From Takakia lepidozioides (lineage: Eukaryota; Plantae; Bryophyta), in contig CM060733.1 of the NCBI GenBank assembly GCA_030704615.1, forward strand, positions 69,254,001 through 69,318,000: 64,000 bases of DNA, written 5' to 3'. The notes under the pieces are model-generated. The model ran no database searches. It saw nothing but the letters and a program-made list of their open reading frames with translations, and was not told the origin of the DNA. The position numbers and the translations under genes are program-made. Within the stretch, counting starts at the first letter, position 1, and each line of letters starts with the position of its first letter. Below, piece by piece: positions 49,870 to 63,870 of this stretch.

Positions 49870-51935
49870 ACACTTATCAATATATGGAGCGAGACGTTTG
49901 TTTTGTTTTGTCACGTTGAGATGTCCCAAACCGCGAGGCCCCAGCCTTGGTGCTTGGTACCATTGGAAAGGCCTCAACGAGGAGGGGTGCACGGGCTTGG
50001 TCTCATAATTTTTGGACCTGCGGTGTGGGAGATGCGGAATTTCAAGTACTTTGGGTCCTTGGAAATTCCCCAAAAATAGCAAAGTGGGCATTCCTGGGAC
50101 AATGGTTGGAGCCTCGACAGGAGAGATATCAACGGAAAGGTCTTCGGTTCAAATCTGATCGTAGGCTCTGTGGAAAATAAAACGATGAGATATGGCTAAA
50201 ACGAATTTCAAGTACTTTTGGTCACTGGACAATGATTGGAGCCTCGACAGGAGAGATATCAAGGGAAAGGTCTCCAGTCCAAATCTGGTCGTAGGCTCTG
50301 TAGAACAAAAAATGATGAGATATGGCTTGCTTCATATATTGACTAGGGTAGCCTGTGCCGTTGGCCCAAGTGTCTAGTGTCATCTAAGTCCAAGTGCAAT
50401 GCCCTATGTATCTAGAGACCCTCCTCTTTGGGAGATCTAGGCCTAGGGTAGCATCATTGGCCCATGTGTTAAGAATTGAAATCTAAGTCCAAGTGTAACC
50501 CCCTATGTATTCAAGTAGCGTCTCCTATGTCAAGGCCCATGTGTGAAGAATTGAAATCTAAGTCCAAGTACAATTCCTTATGTATCCAAGTGGGTCTCCT
50601 ATGTCGAGGCCCAAGTGCGACCTTTAGTGTAGCCTATGCCGTTGGCCCATGTGTGAAGAATTGAAATCTAAGCCCAAGTGCAATCTTCTATTCATGTATC
50701 CAAGTGCAGTGTCATCTAAGTCCAAGTGCAATCCCATATCTAATCATTTTTTATTTTTTTTCAGAGAGCCTACGACCAGATTTGAACCGGAGACCTTTCC
50801 TTTGATATCTCTCCCGTTGAGGCTCCAACCATTGTCCCATGAATGCCCACTTTGCCCTTTTTGCTATTTTTTGTGAATTTCCAGCGACCAAAAGTACTTG
50901 GAATTCCGTAGCTCCCACACCGCATGTCCAAAAATCATGAGACCAAGCCGGTGCACCCCTCCTCGTCGAGGGCTTTCCAACGGTACCAAGCACCGGCGCT
51001 GGGGCCTCGCGGTTTGGGACATCTCAACGCGACAAAACAAACAAAACAAAACAAAACAAAACAAACGTCTCGCTTCATATATTGACTAGGATAGCCTGTG
51101 CCGTTGGCCCAGGTGTCCAATGTCATCTAAGTCATATAAGTCTAATCATTTTTAACAGAACCTACAACCAAAAGTACTTGAAATTTGTTTTAGCCATATC
51201 TCATCATTTTTTTCCACATGGCCTACGACCAGATTTGAACCGGAGACCTTTCCCTTGATATCTCTCCTGTCGAAGCTCCCACCATTGTCCGAGGAATGCC
51301 CACTTTCCTATTTTTCGGGAATTTCCAGCGACCAAAAGTACTTGAAATTCAACATCTCCCACACCGCATGTCCAAAAATCATGAGACCAAGTCGGTGCAC
51401 CCCTCCTCATCGAGGGCTTTCCATTGGTACCAAGCACCAAGGCTGGACCCGCGGTTTCGGACATCTCAAATCTACAAAACAAAACAAACGTCTTGATTCA
51501 TATATTGATGCACTTGGACTTAGATGAACATTGGACACTTGGGCCAACGACACAGGCTACAATTTGTTTGTTTGTTTGTTTTGTTTTGTTTTGTCACGTT
51601 GAGATGTCCCAAACCGGAGGCCCCAGCCCTGGTGCTTGGTACCATTGGAAAGCCCTCGACGAGGAGGGGTGCACGGGGGTGGTCTGGTCTCATAATTTTT
51701 GGACCTGCGGTGTGGGATATGTGGAATTTCATGTACTTTTGGTCGCTGGAAATCCGCAAAAAATAGCAAAGTGGGTTTTCATGGCACAATGATCGGAGCC
51801 TCGACAGGAGAGATATCAAGGAAAAGGTCTCCGGTTCAAATCAGGTCGTAGGTTCTGTGGGAAAAAAATGATTAGACTTAGATGACTTATAATACATTGG
51901 ACACTTGGGCCAAAGGCGCAGGCTACCCTAGTCGA
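49870..51935. repeat. Cluster of ~300-400-bp repeat units in mixed direct and inverted orientation
   Basis: Unit GTCACGTTGAGATGTCCCAAACCG...CGTAGGCTCTGTGG on + at ~49900 and ~51590, and on - at ~50750-51070 and ~51200-51490. Confidence 0.8.
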
Positions 51936-52481
51936 TCATAATTTCATACCTGATCAGGGAAAAACACAGCCATACGGCTATTAAGGACAATGGAAAAACG
52001 GCAATGGAAGGTCGTGCATTTGGAGTGGGCCAGTTTTGTGCTCACTGGGGCATTCATCCGTTTCAAGAGTCATGGGCAATGCACGCTTGCCACGTGGGTG
52101 AAGATTCGTATAGTGTTGTGCCCTACAGTGCTTGTGCTGTACGAGAGCCCCCTCTCTCTCACACCACCAAGTCATGACATACAGAATCACGCACCCGACC
52201 ATGGTGGTAAGGGAAGTTATGGCATGCTTTGTTTGGTTTACCTGCTCAACATTTGGAAGGTGGGTTTTGGGTAACGTGTGATTGATTGCGAGACTGAGGT
52301 CTGTGGAGGGTTCAGATTACAAGGGTTTGATTTGGTTTTTGGTTGTGGTGTTGGTGTTGGGGTTGTCTCGCTCGAGACAGTTTTCTTGTCCCATGGCTAT
52401 GGCGGGATAGGAAAAGTGCAGGCATTGCATGTTTCTCTGGCACTCGTTCTTTAGGGCTTGCATGGTTGATGAACTGGGTCG

Positions 52482-55400
52482 ATGGACAGCCCTGATAGAG
52501 GAAGCAAGGAGAAAGAGCTGGCAAAGAGACGAAAGATTGAGGCGGCGCAAAGCTCCAGAGATCGAGGCTGGGATGAGGAGAACACATGGACAGATGATCG
52601 CAAGCCTCGGTCTGGTAAGTCAAGAAAAACTAGTAAGGCTGATCGCGATTCCAGTGTGGGCGGGAGACGAGACAGAGAAAAGGGGGAGAGGGTTTCCAGG
52701 GGTGGGACTGCACGAGAGAGTGGTAGTGGTAGGGATGAATATTATGAGAAGGGAGAGAAGCGGTTGCGATCTTCCAAAGAGGAGGAAAGATATTTAGTAA
52801 AAGTGGAGAGAGAAGATGCCAGCGGTGCAGGCGACTTTACAAGCGGCCGTGCAGGTAGTGGGAAAAAGAGGAATGGATTAGGCAAGACAGGCTGGAAACT
52901 GGAGACTGCTGGATTTGATGAAAATGACGAGGGAAGAGTGGCTGACCGAGGTGATGACTTGCTGCTTGAAATTTATGACGGCAAGTCCAGGAAAGGGAAC
53001 ATTCAGGCAGAGAGATTAGAGAAATCCAGTAAAGGTCCCGGTTTGGATAACAGCATCGGTAGGAGCCGGAGCCGAGGTGAAAAAGTTAAAGAAGCTGGCG
53101 ATCGAAGCAATGACAGAAATAAAGAAATAAGGGACAGAAGTAGACCTTTCGAGGAGGAGCGATTGGGGGAGAGAGCGGGAAGTTGGGTTGATTCAGATGA
53201 TGCCCGGGGGTTGGAACGCAAGAAAAGTGGGAGGGAAAAAATGCGTGGGACCAAAGGAGAGAGAGATGATAAGGAGGCTCGACTTTTAGTCAATGAAGAA
53301 GAGAGAGTGGAGGTTAAGGTCGAGCAATCGGAGGAGATAAGGTCTGGAACCAGCAGCAGGGTTGGGGTGGACAGTAGAGATGATAAGGGTGTTACAAGAC
53401 AGGATCGAGGCAGAGAGAGAGCAAGTAGTCGGTGGGAGAAAGTCGAGGTTGTGCAGGAGGAGGTTGTTCTGGAAGGTAAAGAGAGAAGGCAGTCCAAAGG
53501 TGGAGAGAGAAATTTGGAGAAAATTGAGAGCCAGTGGGATGAGTCAGATGATGGGAAAAGTGGTGGTCGTGGAAGAAGGGGAGAAAAAGGGGCTGATGAG
53601 GAAAGTAGAGAAGGAAGGCTTCAAGAAAGAGAGAGAGGAGATGCAGTGGGACATGATGGCTCTGAGGAAGGGGGCAAACGAGGAAGAACAGAGAGGGTTG
53701 AGGAAAGCAGGCTTGACCGGGGTCATGGCGGCAGAGACAGGCTTGACCAGGAAGGTTCAGAGGAGGTGGGGAAATCTTCAGGTGGAGTAAGAGTAGACAG
53801 AGGGCAGGAGACTAGAACAGAGCGCCATCGGAGAGACAGAGAGAGGCTTGAACAGGAGAAGTCTGATGATTGGGGCAGATCTGTGGGGGGTAGAGAGAGA
53901 GGAGAGAGAGAAAGGGGGGAGGAAAGTAGCAGGGTAGGTCGCTATCGTGGGACAGAGAAGGTTGAATGGGAGGAGTCAGATGAGGTGGCCAAGTATGGAG
54001 CAGGGAGAGAAAGGGGGGAGGAGCTTTTTAGGTCAGATCGGTACAAAGGGAGAGAGAGGCTTGATCGAGAAGAGTCAGCGTTTGGGGGAAAGTCCATGGA
54101 CATGGGAGAGAGAGAAAGAGGGGAGGAAAGTTCTAGGGCAGATCGCCAGCGTAGGGGGAGAGATAAACTCCAGGAAGGAGATGACGAAGTTGAGGGTGGG
54201 GGAAGGGCTGGCGGGGGAGGAAGATCAGAGAGAGGGGATCATGAGAGGGAGAAGCGCCGAGGAAGAGAGAAACAAGGAATGGGGTGGGAGGAGTTGGAGG
54301 ATGTTTGGGGCCGGTCTAGTGGAAGGGGTAGAGGTGAGGAAGGCAGAGGAGGAAAGCCTGGTGACAGAGATAGGGTAAGTGAAGATGGATGGGTGTTATC
54401 TGCTGGAAAAGAGAGGGGGGATGGAGTGAGAAGGGGGAGATCCAGTGGAAGGGAGAGAGAAGACGAAGAGAAGAGGGGAAGGTCTGTTGCAAGAGAGAGA
54501 GGTGATGAGGAAGGAGGTGGGAGATCAGGTGGGAGAGATGATGAGAGAGGGGAAAAGGGAAGGGGAAGGGACAGAGTGGAGAGTGGACATGAGCTTTCGG
54601 AAGACGGTGGAAGGTCTAGAGGAAGAATTAGAAGTGGCAAAGCTATGAGAGGCTCTCGGAGCCCAGAGGAAAGGAAAGGAGGCCGTTCAGACTGGGATGA
54701 ATATGAGAGAGAGTGGTCGGATGATAGAGAGGACATTGAGAGGCAGAGAGGAAGTGGTCGGAGGGGTGGTCGTGAGAGAGAACATGAGGAGCGGGACAGA
54801 TACAGAGACAGGGAAAGGCCTGTCAGAGACAGGGAAAGGCCTTATGACCGAGGCTGGGAGAGAGACAGAGAGAGAGGGAGAGAGTGGGAGGAACCTTTGG
54901 ACCGACGAAGAGATCGTCATCGAGCCAGACATAAGGAGAGGGAGGGAGTCAAGGTGAGGGAAGCTGACTATGAAGTAGAGCGCACTGGTTGGGAGACTGA
55001 GAAAAAACGAGAGAAAGCTGACAGAGAGAACATGGAACGGGAGAGGGTCGAAAGAGAGGGCAGCGAGCGAAGCAGGATGGAGAGAGAAAGACTGGAGGTA
55101 TTGAGAAGTCCTAGAGGTTTTGGGACATTGAGTGAAAACAGTGGGCGTGGTAACAATGTTCCCTCAAATTTCGCAGATTCTGCCCGAGGAGGTTCCCATG
55201 TTGGCCCCTTCCTGCCTCGGGGAGCAGATGTGGGATTTTTTCCAGGGGACTACTTTAGTGGGGTTGGGGAGGTTGACTGGGATGGTCCTCATCAGGAGGA
55301 AAGAATGCGCATGGGGGAGGCCCTTTTCCTAGGGGGTGGTGAACGGTATATGGATGATGAAGGCCCACTCAGTCACGACCCTGGGTTTGGCCCTGGCAGA

Positions 55401-58400
55401 GGGGCGGCCAGTGATGGAGGGATGGTTTTTAATCCTCATGCTGGAAGAGGGCGTGGTCCGAAAGGTTCACCAAATAATCGGGGCCGGGGAGGAATGATGG
55501 GCCATGAGGGACGACCCCCATTTGGCCATAACCAGGGTGGTGGCCTAATGCTCAGAGGAATGCAGCCGCAACAGCAGGGTGGGAAGGGAGGAAGAGGGGC
55601 AAGAGGTCCTGGTGGAGGAAAGGGTGGCCGTGGCCTAGGAAGAGAGGGACAGAGAGGAGGCGGCCCTCCTTTAATGGCTCCAGGCCCTGTTATGGGACCT
55701 CACTTTGGACCCTTGGGGCCACCAGGGCCAATGCCAGCAATGGGTATGGGCCCTAGTCCGGGCCTTGGTATGGGCCCAGGAGGCTTTCCACCAATGCCTC
55801 CTTTTGGGGGTCCAATGGTGTGGGGTGGTGGTCGTGGGGGTGGAGAGATGGGGATGATGGGATGTCCTCCAGGCCCTCCAGGCTTGGGACCTGGCCCAGG
55901 TGGTTTGGGGCCACGGTTTGGGCTCGGCATGGGACCTGGTCCAGGACCTAATATGTTCTTCAATCTGCCAGGTACTGGAAGAGGGGGTCCAGGTGGGCTG
56001 CCTGGAGGAATGTTTGGTGGAGGAGCCCCGCCCTTTGGGGGAGGGGGTGGTGCTGGCGGAAGAGGAATTATGGGAGAGAGAGGTCCTCCAGGGGTAGGGA
56101 GGGGGGTGATGGGGAGAGGCAGTGGGCCAGCTGGAAGGGGCCCATCAAGAGGGGAGCAGAATGATTACTCCCAGCACTTTGTCGACACAGGGCTCCGTCC
56201 CCAGAATTTTATCAGAGATGTTGAGCTTGCAGATCGCTTTGAAGAATACCCAAAGCTGAAGGAATTGATTACGAGGAAAGATCGGTTAATTTCAGAGCAT
56301 GCAACACCTCCAATGTACATGCAGTGCGATTTACGAAGCACGGAGCTGCGACCAGAGCTTTTTGGGACGAAGTTTGATGTCATTTTGGTGGACCCACCAT
56401 GGGAGGAATATATGCGGCGTGCTCCTGGCATTGGCGATTCCATGGAATGGTGGTCTCATGAGGACATCCAGAATCTTCGTATTGAGGTGGTTCCAATGAA
56501 TCCCTGATGGGCCCTACAAAGTTACTGAACTAACCAATTGAGTGGTATGAGCATTCCAGGGGGAAGGGGGGTTGTGAGGGTTTGGGGGGTGTTTAAGAGC
56601 TCCACATTTAGAAGTACTATTCTTCGCCTTTTGCAATTGTCCTACCCTGTGGTGAATTGCACTGAGGTGGGCTGTGGTTTTGACAGGCAATTGCAGATAC
56701 ACCTGCCTTCATCTTCTTGTGGGTGGGAGATGCAGAAGGCCTTGAACAAGGACGCCTTTGTCTAAAAAAGGTACGACTTTCTCGCTCACATCTTGGCTGC
56801 ATCTCATGTTTCTGATGCATGCTTTTCTTGAAGAGTCTGGAGCACTGGGAATTGAAGGGGTTATGAATGTTCTTCTTGAACCAGATTTTGGACAATTGTG
56901 TGAGTATGAGATGAATGATTTGGGTTGTCTCTCTTTCACCCGCTCTCTCTCCCACAAATACTCATCGGCACACATGCACACATACACAGTTGCTCTGCAG
57001 GCTCAATTTCACATTCCTTTTCTCATTTTAAGGCTTTTGCAGCCTTAATGTGGATACGGTGGTTGGCAGTGGGGATTCCGAAGATGTGAGGATATTTGCT
57101 GGGTGAAAACCAACCGAGAGAACCCAACTCCTGCTCTGCGCCATGATGCTAACACACTTTTTCAGCATTCCAAGGTAAGGACCTTGACTTATTTTTTAAG
57201 TTAGCTGAGTCTCTGTTTTTCCTCTGTCTTACTCTCTTGTTCAGCTCAAGAAATGGATATGCACCTCAGTTTTTATCCAGCTCAGAGACTCAACAAATTC
57301 TGAAAAACATGAAGGTTGAGCGGGAGTTCAGGATATGGGGGGGTTTTGCAGGAGCACTGCTTGATGGGGATAAAAGGGACCGTAAGGAGGAGCACTGATG
57401 GCCACATTATCCATGCCAATGTTGACACTGACATCATCATTTCGGAAGAGCCCGACTATGGTGAGATTGTGCTCTCTTTCTTTCCTCTGTTCCTCTTCTG
57501 TCCTCTTTCAGTTCCATCCCTTTTTATCTCATCCTGAAATGTCTGACAATTGAGGAGTGCCCATATCAGATTGTGAGTTTGTGCTCGTTTCTTTGTGTTC
57601 CTCCAAATGCTACTCTTGAAGTGCATGATCATGTCCAGGATTAACTGCAAAGCCCGAGGAATTGTATCATATCATAGAACATTTTGCGCAAGGACAGCGT
57701 CGCATTGAGCTTTTCGGCGAAGACCATAACATCCGGGCAGGGTGGGTGACCGTTGGCAAGGGTCTGAGCTCTTCCAATTTCAATCCTCAGGTATGGTTTG
57801 TCATCCATTTCTCCACAAATGAGCCTTCAAGCAATCTTTGAGCAGTTTTGCTCAAACGTTTGCTTTTTCAGGACAAGCTAGAGTGAAATTGCAGGTCTTG
57901 CCTCAAGTTTTTTGCTCAAGTGAAGATGCTGACTGTTTTTGCCAGCTGAGTGCTGGTCAGCAGAATGGCTGAGTTTTCCTGTCACTGCCGGAAAAGTGGG
58001 GAGTAGTGGCAGCTTCACTTCCCCACATATTGATGGTTGTATGTTGATGAGATTTTGTGTTGACAGCACACTGTAAAGTGCTGCTCTAGTTTACGCCTTT
58101 GGTTGGACTGGTGCAACATCTGTTTGAGTTATGTTAGAAGGACTGTATGGAGTTGTTATTTGGTACATGCATAGATGATATGGGAGCCTGTTAATCCGGG
58201 TTTATTGCACAAACTCTTCTTGAAGGCTGTAATATTCTGAGTGTATCACTATATAGACTGGCATCTTAATCCTGTGTGTCGCTATGCTTGGGAAGTGCCC
58301 AAACTGAAGCACAGTAGAAGTAACATGGTTTGGTTTCAGGATAGAAGTGATGGTTTGTCTGATGAGTGAGGGAAGAGGATTTGATCGAAATGTGTATGGC

Positions 58401-58970
58401 TGTCCACAGATGTACACGAAGTACTTTGCAGATGCAGAGGGGAAGGTTTGGCAGGGGGGCCGGGGTAATCCACCCATAGATGCCCCCCACCTAGTGGGAA
58501 CATCCGCCGAGATTGAAGCCCTTCGCCCCAAATCCCCTCTCCCAAGAGCTCAGCAACCACAGCAGTCAGCTCAAGGCAATGCAGCGAATTCCATTTCCCA
58601 ACCTTTAGCTGCAAATTCCAATAGCAAGAAAACTTCTACCGGTCAAGGAGGGGGCAGTCAGAATGGACTGCTTGCCCCTACAAGAATAGTGCCTGGAGCT
58701 GGGCATGGGTCACCGAACCCCCTAGGCTCAAGCGTTGGTGTGATAGGCCAGCCCCCTGCAGTGGTGGGTCGGGGAGGAGGCCATGGTCAAATCCCCAAGC
58801 TAAGGCAGACCCCCGTAGGAGGCCTCGCAAAGCCTCTGGGGGCAGGCCCTGGAATCAGTGAGTCAGGAGTGGACGAGGAGGCGAGTTTTGGGGGCGAGGT
58901 GCAGGAAACGAGGTCTCCAGAGGCTGAAGTGCCTGCGAATGCAGACCTTGCGAAAGAGGACCCCTCTTGA
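52482..58970 (+). CDS. MTB: m6A RNA methyltransferase complex subunit MTB (METTL14 homolog, MT-A70 family)
   Basis: Exons 52482-56486, 56687-56770, 57070-57174, 57352-57460, 57639-57790 and 58410-58970, all GT-AG. Motifs [85 protein letters not shown] and [10 protein letters not shown]. Confidence 0.96.
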
Positions 58971-60620
58971 AGGGGGTTGGCAGGTTTTTCTTCCTTTTCC
59001 TGCTCTTTCATTTCTGTGGAGAGGATGTGAGTCCACTTCAAGTCCAAATGCCTATTTGCTAAAGAAAGTGTGTTGAAGTTCACGTGGGGTGGCCACACCA
59101 TTGTAAAGACGCTCAATTTTGGGACAGTGACTTCCATAGACTCACTCATTTGTTAAAACAAAGTGTCGGCAAAATATCATTTCCATAGGTTCGATCCTAC
59201 ACTCCCTAGGTTGTAAATGTAGCACTCAATTTTGTCCGATTGATTCATTTGGGTTGTGTGGAGAATAGGGGCCCTTGAGAGCCTAACCTTCACATGTGAA
59301 AGATGTCAAGGTGAACTGAACTTGGTGCAAGTAAATTGGTGTGAAGTGTCAGGTGAACCCCCTAAAAGTAGGACTGATCTTACTAACATTCTTTTTTGTA
59401 ATTATCATTGGATCATTTTTGCCATATTGGCTAGGTTAATTCTAGTTCTGACTCACAATCTTGAGCTGTAATCTCTGTGGTGTATGGGCATGGGTTTTGC
59501 TGGTTTCTTTTTGTGGGGGGGGGAGAGGAGTGATGTCAAATTACCTTTAGGGGTTCTGTACAAAGGTTTTATGGTCCAGAAATAGGAGGTGGAAGCTTCT
59601 GGTGCATTGTTGCGCATTGTTCTTTGATATTTTTTGTAGCTGAATTAACTCAGGTTTTGTGCTCAACTTGGCAACTTAGCCAACATGCAAATGGTTCACA
59701 AGAACCTACGCCAAAGAATAAGTTTGGAATTCGAAATTCGAAACAGGCACTTGCGATGGTGACCATCATAACCAGTGCCCAAGACGCCTTCTCACAACCT
59801 GTCTTAAGGACCTACCTTAAGTGCACAGTCAGGCCACACTTAACTCTGTTACCAATCCAATGGACGAAAGGGTTAGTTTTGGATGAAAGTGGGTATTCCT
59901 TAAGTCTTTGTTACCTTCCAGAGTGGGAAGTGTTGCATAGTTCAGAAGATTAATTGGCTGTGATGCCTCACCTGCCGGATGTGATTTTTTCATTTAGAGT
60001 TGCAGGTATCCATCCCTCATTTAGTGTTGATGGTTGTGTACTCCATTCTAGTGACAACTGAGGTCTGAGTCTAGTTTTTAGCGTAGTGCTGGTATAGGGT
60101 GTCATTGTCCCCAGGTTTCGCAGGCCACATCAGCAATGTCAATTATTAAGCTGCCTGGATTTCTTTAAAATAATTAATAAAACAAACCCCACATCATTGT
60201 CGCCATGTTTCATAGGCCACATCATCAACGTCATTTTTTAAGCTGCCCATGACGAAAAGAAACCTTAATTATGAAAATAGTTTATTTACGGATCTGCTCT
60301 ACTATTTTATTTTATTTTATTTTTTTCACATATTCCGGCAATGTAAATGTTACAGCACTTCTATATTATTATTATTATTATTTATTATTAATTATGACGT
60401 CATTCAGATAATGTTTCCAGAGCGATGTGAATCGCTCCGCAATGTGCGGTGTGTGAGTTTAGGACTCGGCCGATTTGGGCTTCTCCGCGCTCCAACCGAC
60501 GAACGCCCTCTCGTCTCCTTTCCTCCTTCCTCGTCTCCTTCTCGTCTCCCCTTTTCTCTCTGGCAGACTCTGTTCAGTGTGGAACGAATGCTTCGGACCC
60601 GTCACTTCACCTGATTTTCG

Positions 60621-62040
60621 TCACCATGAGTGCTTGGAGCCACTCCTTCTGAAGTGAGCTGGGCTCACCGGAGGGGGATCCTGCAGAGCCAGGTCCACTG
60701 GCGCCAGATTGATTGCAGCAGATTCCACCACCTGAAGGTTGTTCACCATGAGCCCGTCGCTATCATGGGGTTTGGCCAATGAGGCTGCGTACTGCTTTGC
60801 TTTTTCTGCAGCACCAAGGAGCTTTCTTCCTGCCTCGTACACTTCAGCCATCCATTGTTTTTTATCTTCCACACAGAGCTCCTCAGGGAAGCAATCTTCA
60901 GTAACCCACTTAACACCCGAAAATCCTGCTTCCAGCATACGGACTTCCGAGAGTCTCATAACAGGGAGCACTTGGACCGAGTAGGCTTAGGGAGGTTTAT
61001 TTTCTTGAAATAGAAAAGCTCCAAAATCGATTGCCGTCTCGGCAGACAGCGAGAAAAGAGGAAGCTGAGAGGTGAAAATGTTCTTAACTTTTGCCACCAT
61101 AAGGTCTACCTCTTGCGAAGCACCAAGAGAGAAGAGGTCTTCCTCCGAAATCCAGGAACTATAAAATACCTTCTCACCTGTCAGAAGAATGGCCGGCTTC
61201 CCCTCTGGAACCAAACATGATTGGGGTAACCTGAATGTGCACCCGTCGGTGATGGCGTATCAGACGCGTCCGCTTCTTACTGCTGATTTCATCCCTCCTG
61301 CTAAGGGGAGCGGCCACACAAGCCCCATTCTTCCTAACACAGATCCCACCAAATTTCCATTGTCATTAGGAAGCTCCGTCTCCGAGAGGTAAACATTCGC
61401 AAAGGATTTGAGCTGGTTAAGGCAGAAATGAGCAAAGTTAGGAGGGATCCCTTCTCCAAGACGAAATGATGCTGGTGTCGTCTCTTTTGGTCTTCCAGAG
61501 AGGGGAGATTTGGAGGGGAGCAAGAACACCCTAGGACTGCATGAACCAGGCGATTCGCGAGGCCTTTTGGCAGGGGGCTGATCGGGGGGAGCCACAGCTG
61601 GGCGTCTCTTCACCACAGGAGTAGAAAAATCTTGCATAAACCTGGGGTCTGCCGCCTCATTGTCCAGCCGGGTGGGTGCGGTTTGGTTCTAGCAAATCCG
61701 GACAGTCCGCCTTGACGTGCCCTTCCCTGTGACAGAAATGACAAATCACCGATAGGAATTTTTCCTTAATAACCACTGACACAAAGGATTTATCCAGCGT
61801 CAGCTTGATCGAATCAGGCATAAGAACCACGATCCTGGGGATGCCACTGTCCCTATGGATGTCAAACGCAGCATTGTCTGTATCCACACTCCGGGGGTCT
61901 GTGATTTCATGGTCGTTCACTGTGATTCAACCCACGGAGGAGCCAAAGTGCGCACCTATCTCCGGAAGCGATCGCAAATAATTGCCAGGCAAAAAAGGCT
62001 ACGCAATTACCCGCTGTCTACATGTGACTCCCCCTTTTGT
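60621..62040 (-). pseudogene. L1-like LINE ORF1 remnant
   Basis: CHFCHREGHVKADC zinc knuckle within fragmented colinear ORFs. Confidence 0.5.
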
Positions 62041-62288
62041 GGCCCCATTCTAACGACCAAGGAAATATATTCACCCTGAATCTGGAAAGATGATGAAACC
62101 CTGTAAGACTTTATTTACAACATGTACAATGGGTGAACGTGCATATGATGTGAAGTTCCCAAAAAGGGGGGGAGGAACAACAAACAAGAGAAGAAAACAA
62201 AAAGCTATAGTAAACTACTCAGCTAGAGAAAAAAACAAAAACTATAGTAAGCTACTCAACCAGCGACGAAAACAGAAGTTATAGTAAA

Positions 62289-63870
62289 CTACTCAAGCAG
62301 AGCGACCCTCCAGCCAACAGCCTGGAGGAGATCAGGCAAGGAGATAGGCAAAGTGTCAGGCAGAGGCGGAAGACGAGATGACGCGGAGCTAGCCACATCA
62401 GCCCGATGCAAAATAGAGATGGTTTGTGCTCTCTGCAAAGCAATTGAAACACGTTGTCGATAGTAGGCGACAAGGACGGAGGCATGTGGGATGCCAGTGG
62501 GCCCGCTCTTGGCTGCATGATGTGCACATGTCCGCAGGAAATCGTCGAAGTGCCGGTGCAATGAGCCAAATATTTCGACCGCCAGTGGAAGAAATGTGTC
62601 GGTGGGGTGACGATCGCTGTAATCGCGCTCCTTGGCCTGGGCTGCTACAGTGGCTGCCGTGCCTGGTGTGGTAGCTGCACGAGATAGCAGATCCGCTCGA
62701 GTGGGGTCGACGAGAACGACATCTGTTAAGGTACGCAAACCATCTCTAGATAGGACGATGTCAACACGGCGGCGTGTAGAGTGGGACGTGAGCGTGGGTC
62801 GTAGATGTGGTTGCTCACGCAGTACATGATACCCTGCCTCCCGAGCAATAGATGCCACCGCATCGCGAACCATATCATGAGACGCACTGCGCTCACCACC
62901 ACATGGACAGCGGAGGAGATGGATGGCAAGGTCATCGATGGGCTGAAGACAGACGCAGCGCTAAAAGCCCAATGCCGAAGGATGAGGCAAACCGAGTCGA
63001 AGGCGGAGCGCAGTAGTGAAAATAGGGGATGAGAGGCGAAAATGTGCGATAGTGGGTCGTGCTGTCAACCATGCCCCTGCTCCGGGTCCTGCACATGATA
63101 GAAGTCGGGCTCGATGCAACTCAGAATAAGCACTTGAGAGCATGCCAGAAAAAGAATGACGGTGCACGCGCTCGGAAATGGACTCCTGAAGATGGTCGAG
63201 GCCTTGAGCAACCAACTGCTCAAATGGTGGTAGACATGCTCGCGCCGGTGCCGGAAGAAGATCTCGTGCAGAGCAGAGATGCTGCTAGAAGGGTAAAATG
63301 CCACTGTCGACATGTGCAACGGCGTCTATAAGGATGGGACGATGGTCACAGAGAAATCGTGAAGCGAGGGCTGGCGCCACGAATGCCCAACTGCCGAGGA
63401 AAACTGACGGGGCGGTAGTGACAGTGGACAAAAGACCCACACCACCGGAAGAGACGGGGCAAGGTGGCTTGCTGTCGTGGCAAAAGTCCCTGAGCACCCT
63501 CTTGAGCTCCCGGTCCTAACAATCTCCCGAAGATAGTCATCATGGTAGTATCAAACCCAGATAAGAGGTGTAGGAAATCTGGGTTGGGTGGAACAGTGCG
63601 CAAGAGATATGAGGGACGCTGAAGGAAACATTTGGTCAAGATTCTATATGCTACCTGTACATCTCCGAGCCTAGGACGGAGATCGGCGTGGGTGGCATCC
63701 TGGTGGAGTGCATCTTCCAAGAAGGACGTTGTGAACTGGGCGGTGCCAAAAGGGACTCCCAGGATTCTGATGCCATTGGGCGGAGCAATAAAGTGAGCAG
63801 GGAGGACAAAATCTGCAGGGAGACCGGACGGAGACCACACCGCACATTTGCGAGGTTGCACTGAAAGGCC
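62289..63870 (-). mobile_element. 5'-truncated non-LTR retrotransposon with restriction-like endonuclease (CRE/R2/NeSL-type architecture), frameshifted
   Basis: RT thumb RILGVPFG, AGAWLTARP, ALRLRLGLP, HLLRC..HDMVRD, RRVDIV..DVVLVDP..AKERDY..FLPLAVEIFG, RVSIALQR. Confidence 0.85.

Noticed and set aside
53003-56443. Antisense and alternate-frame ORFs over MTB exon 1
   Set aside because: Shadows of purine-rich low-complexity coding sequence.
52482-58970. Functional link between MTB and the transposon-borne MTase
   Set aside because: MTB is an ordinary host MT-A70 gene 32 kb outside the TSD-bounded element; proximity is probably coincidental.
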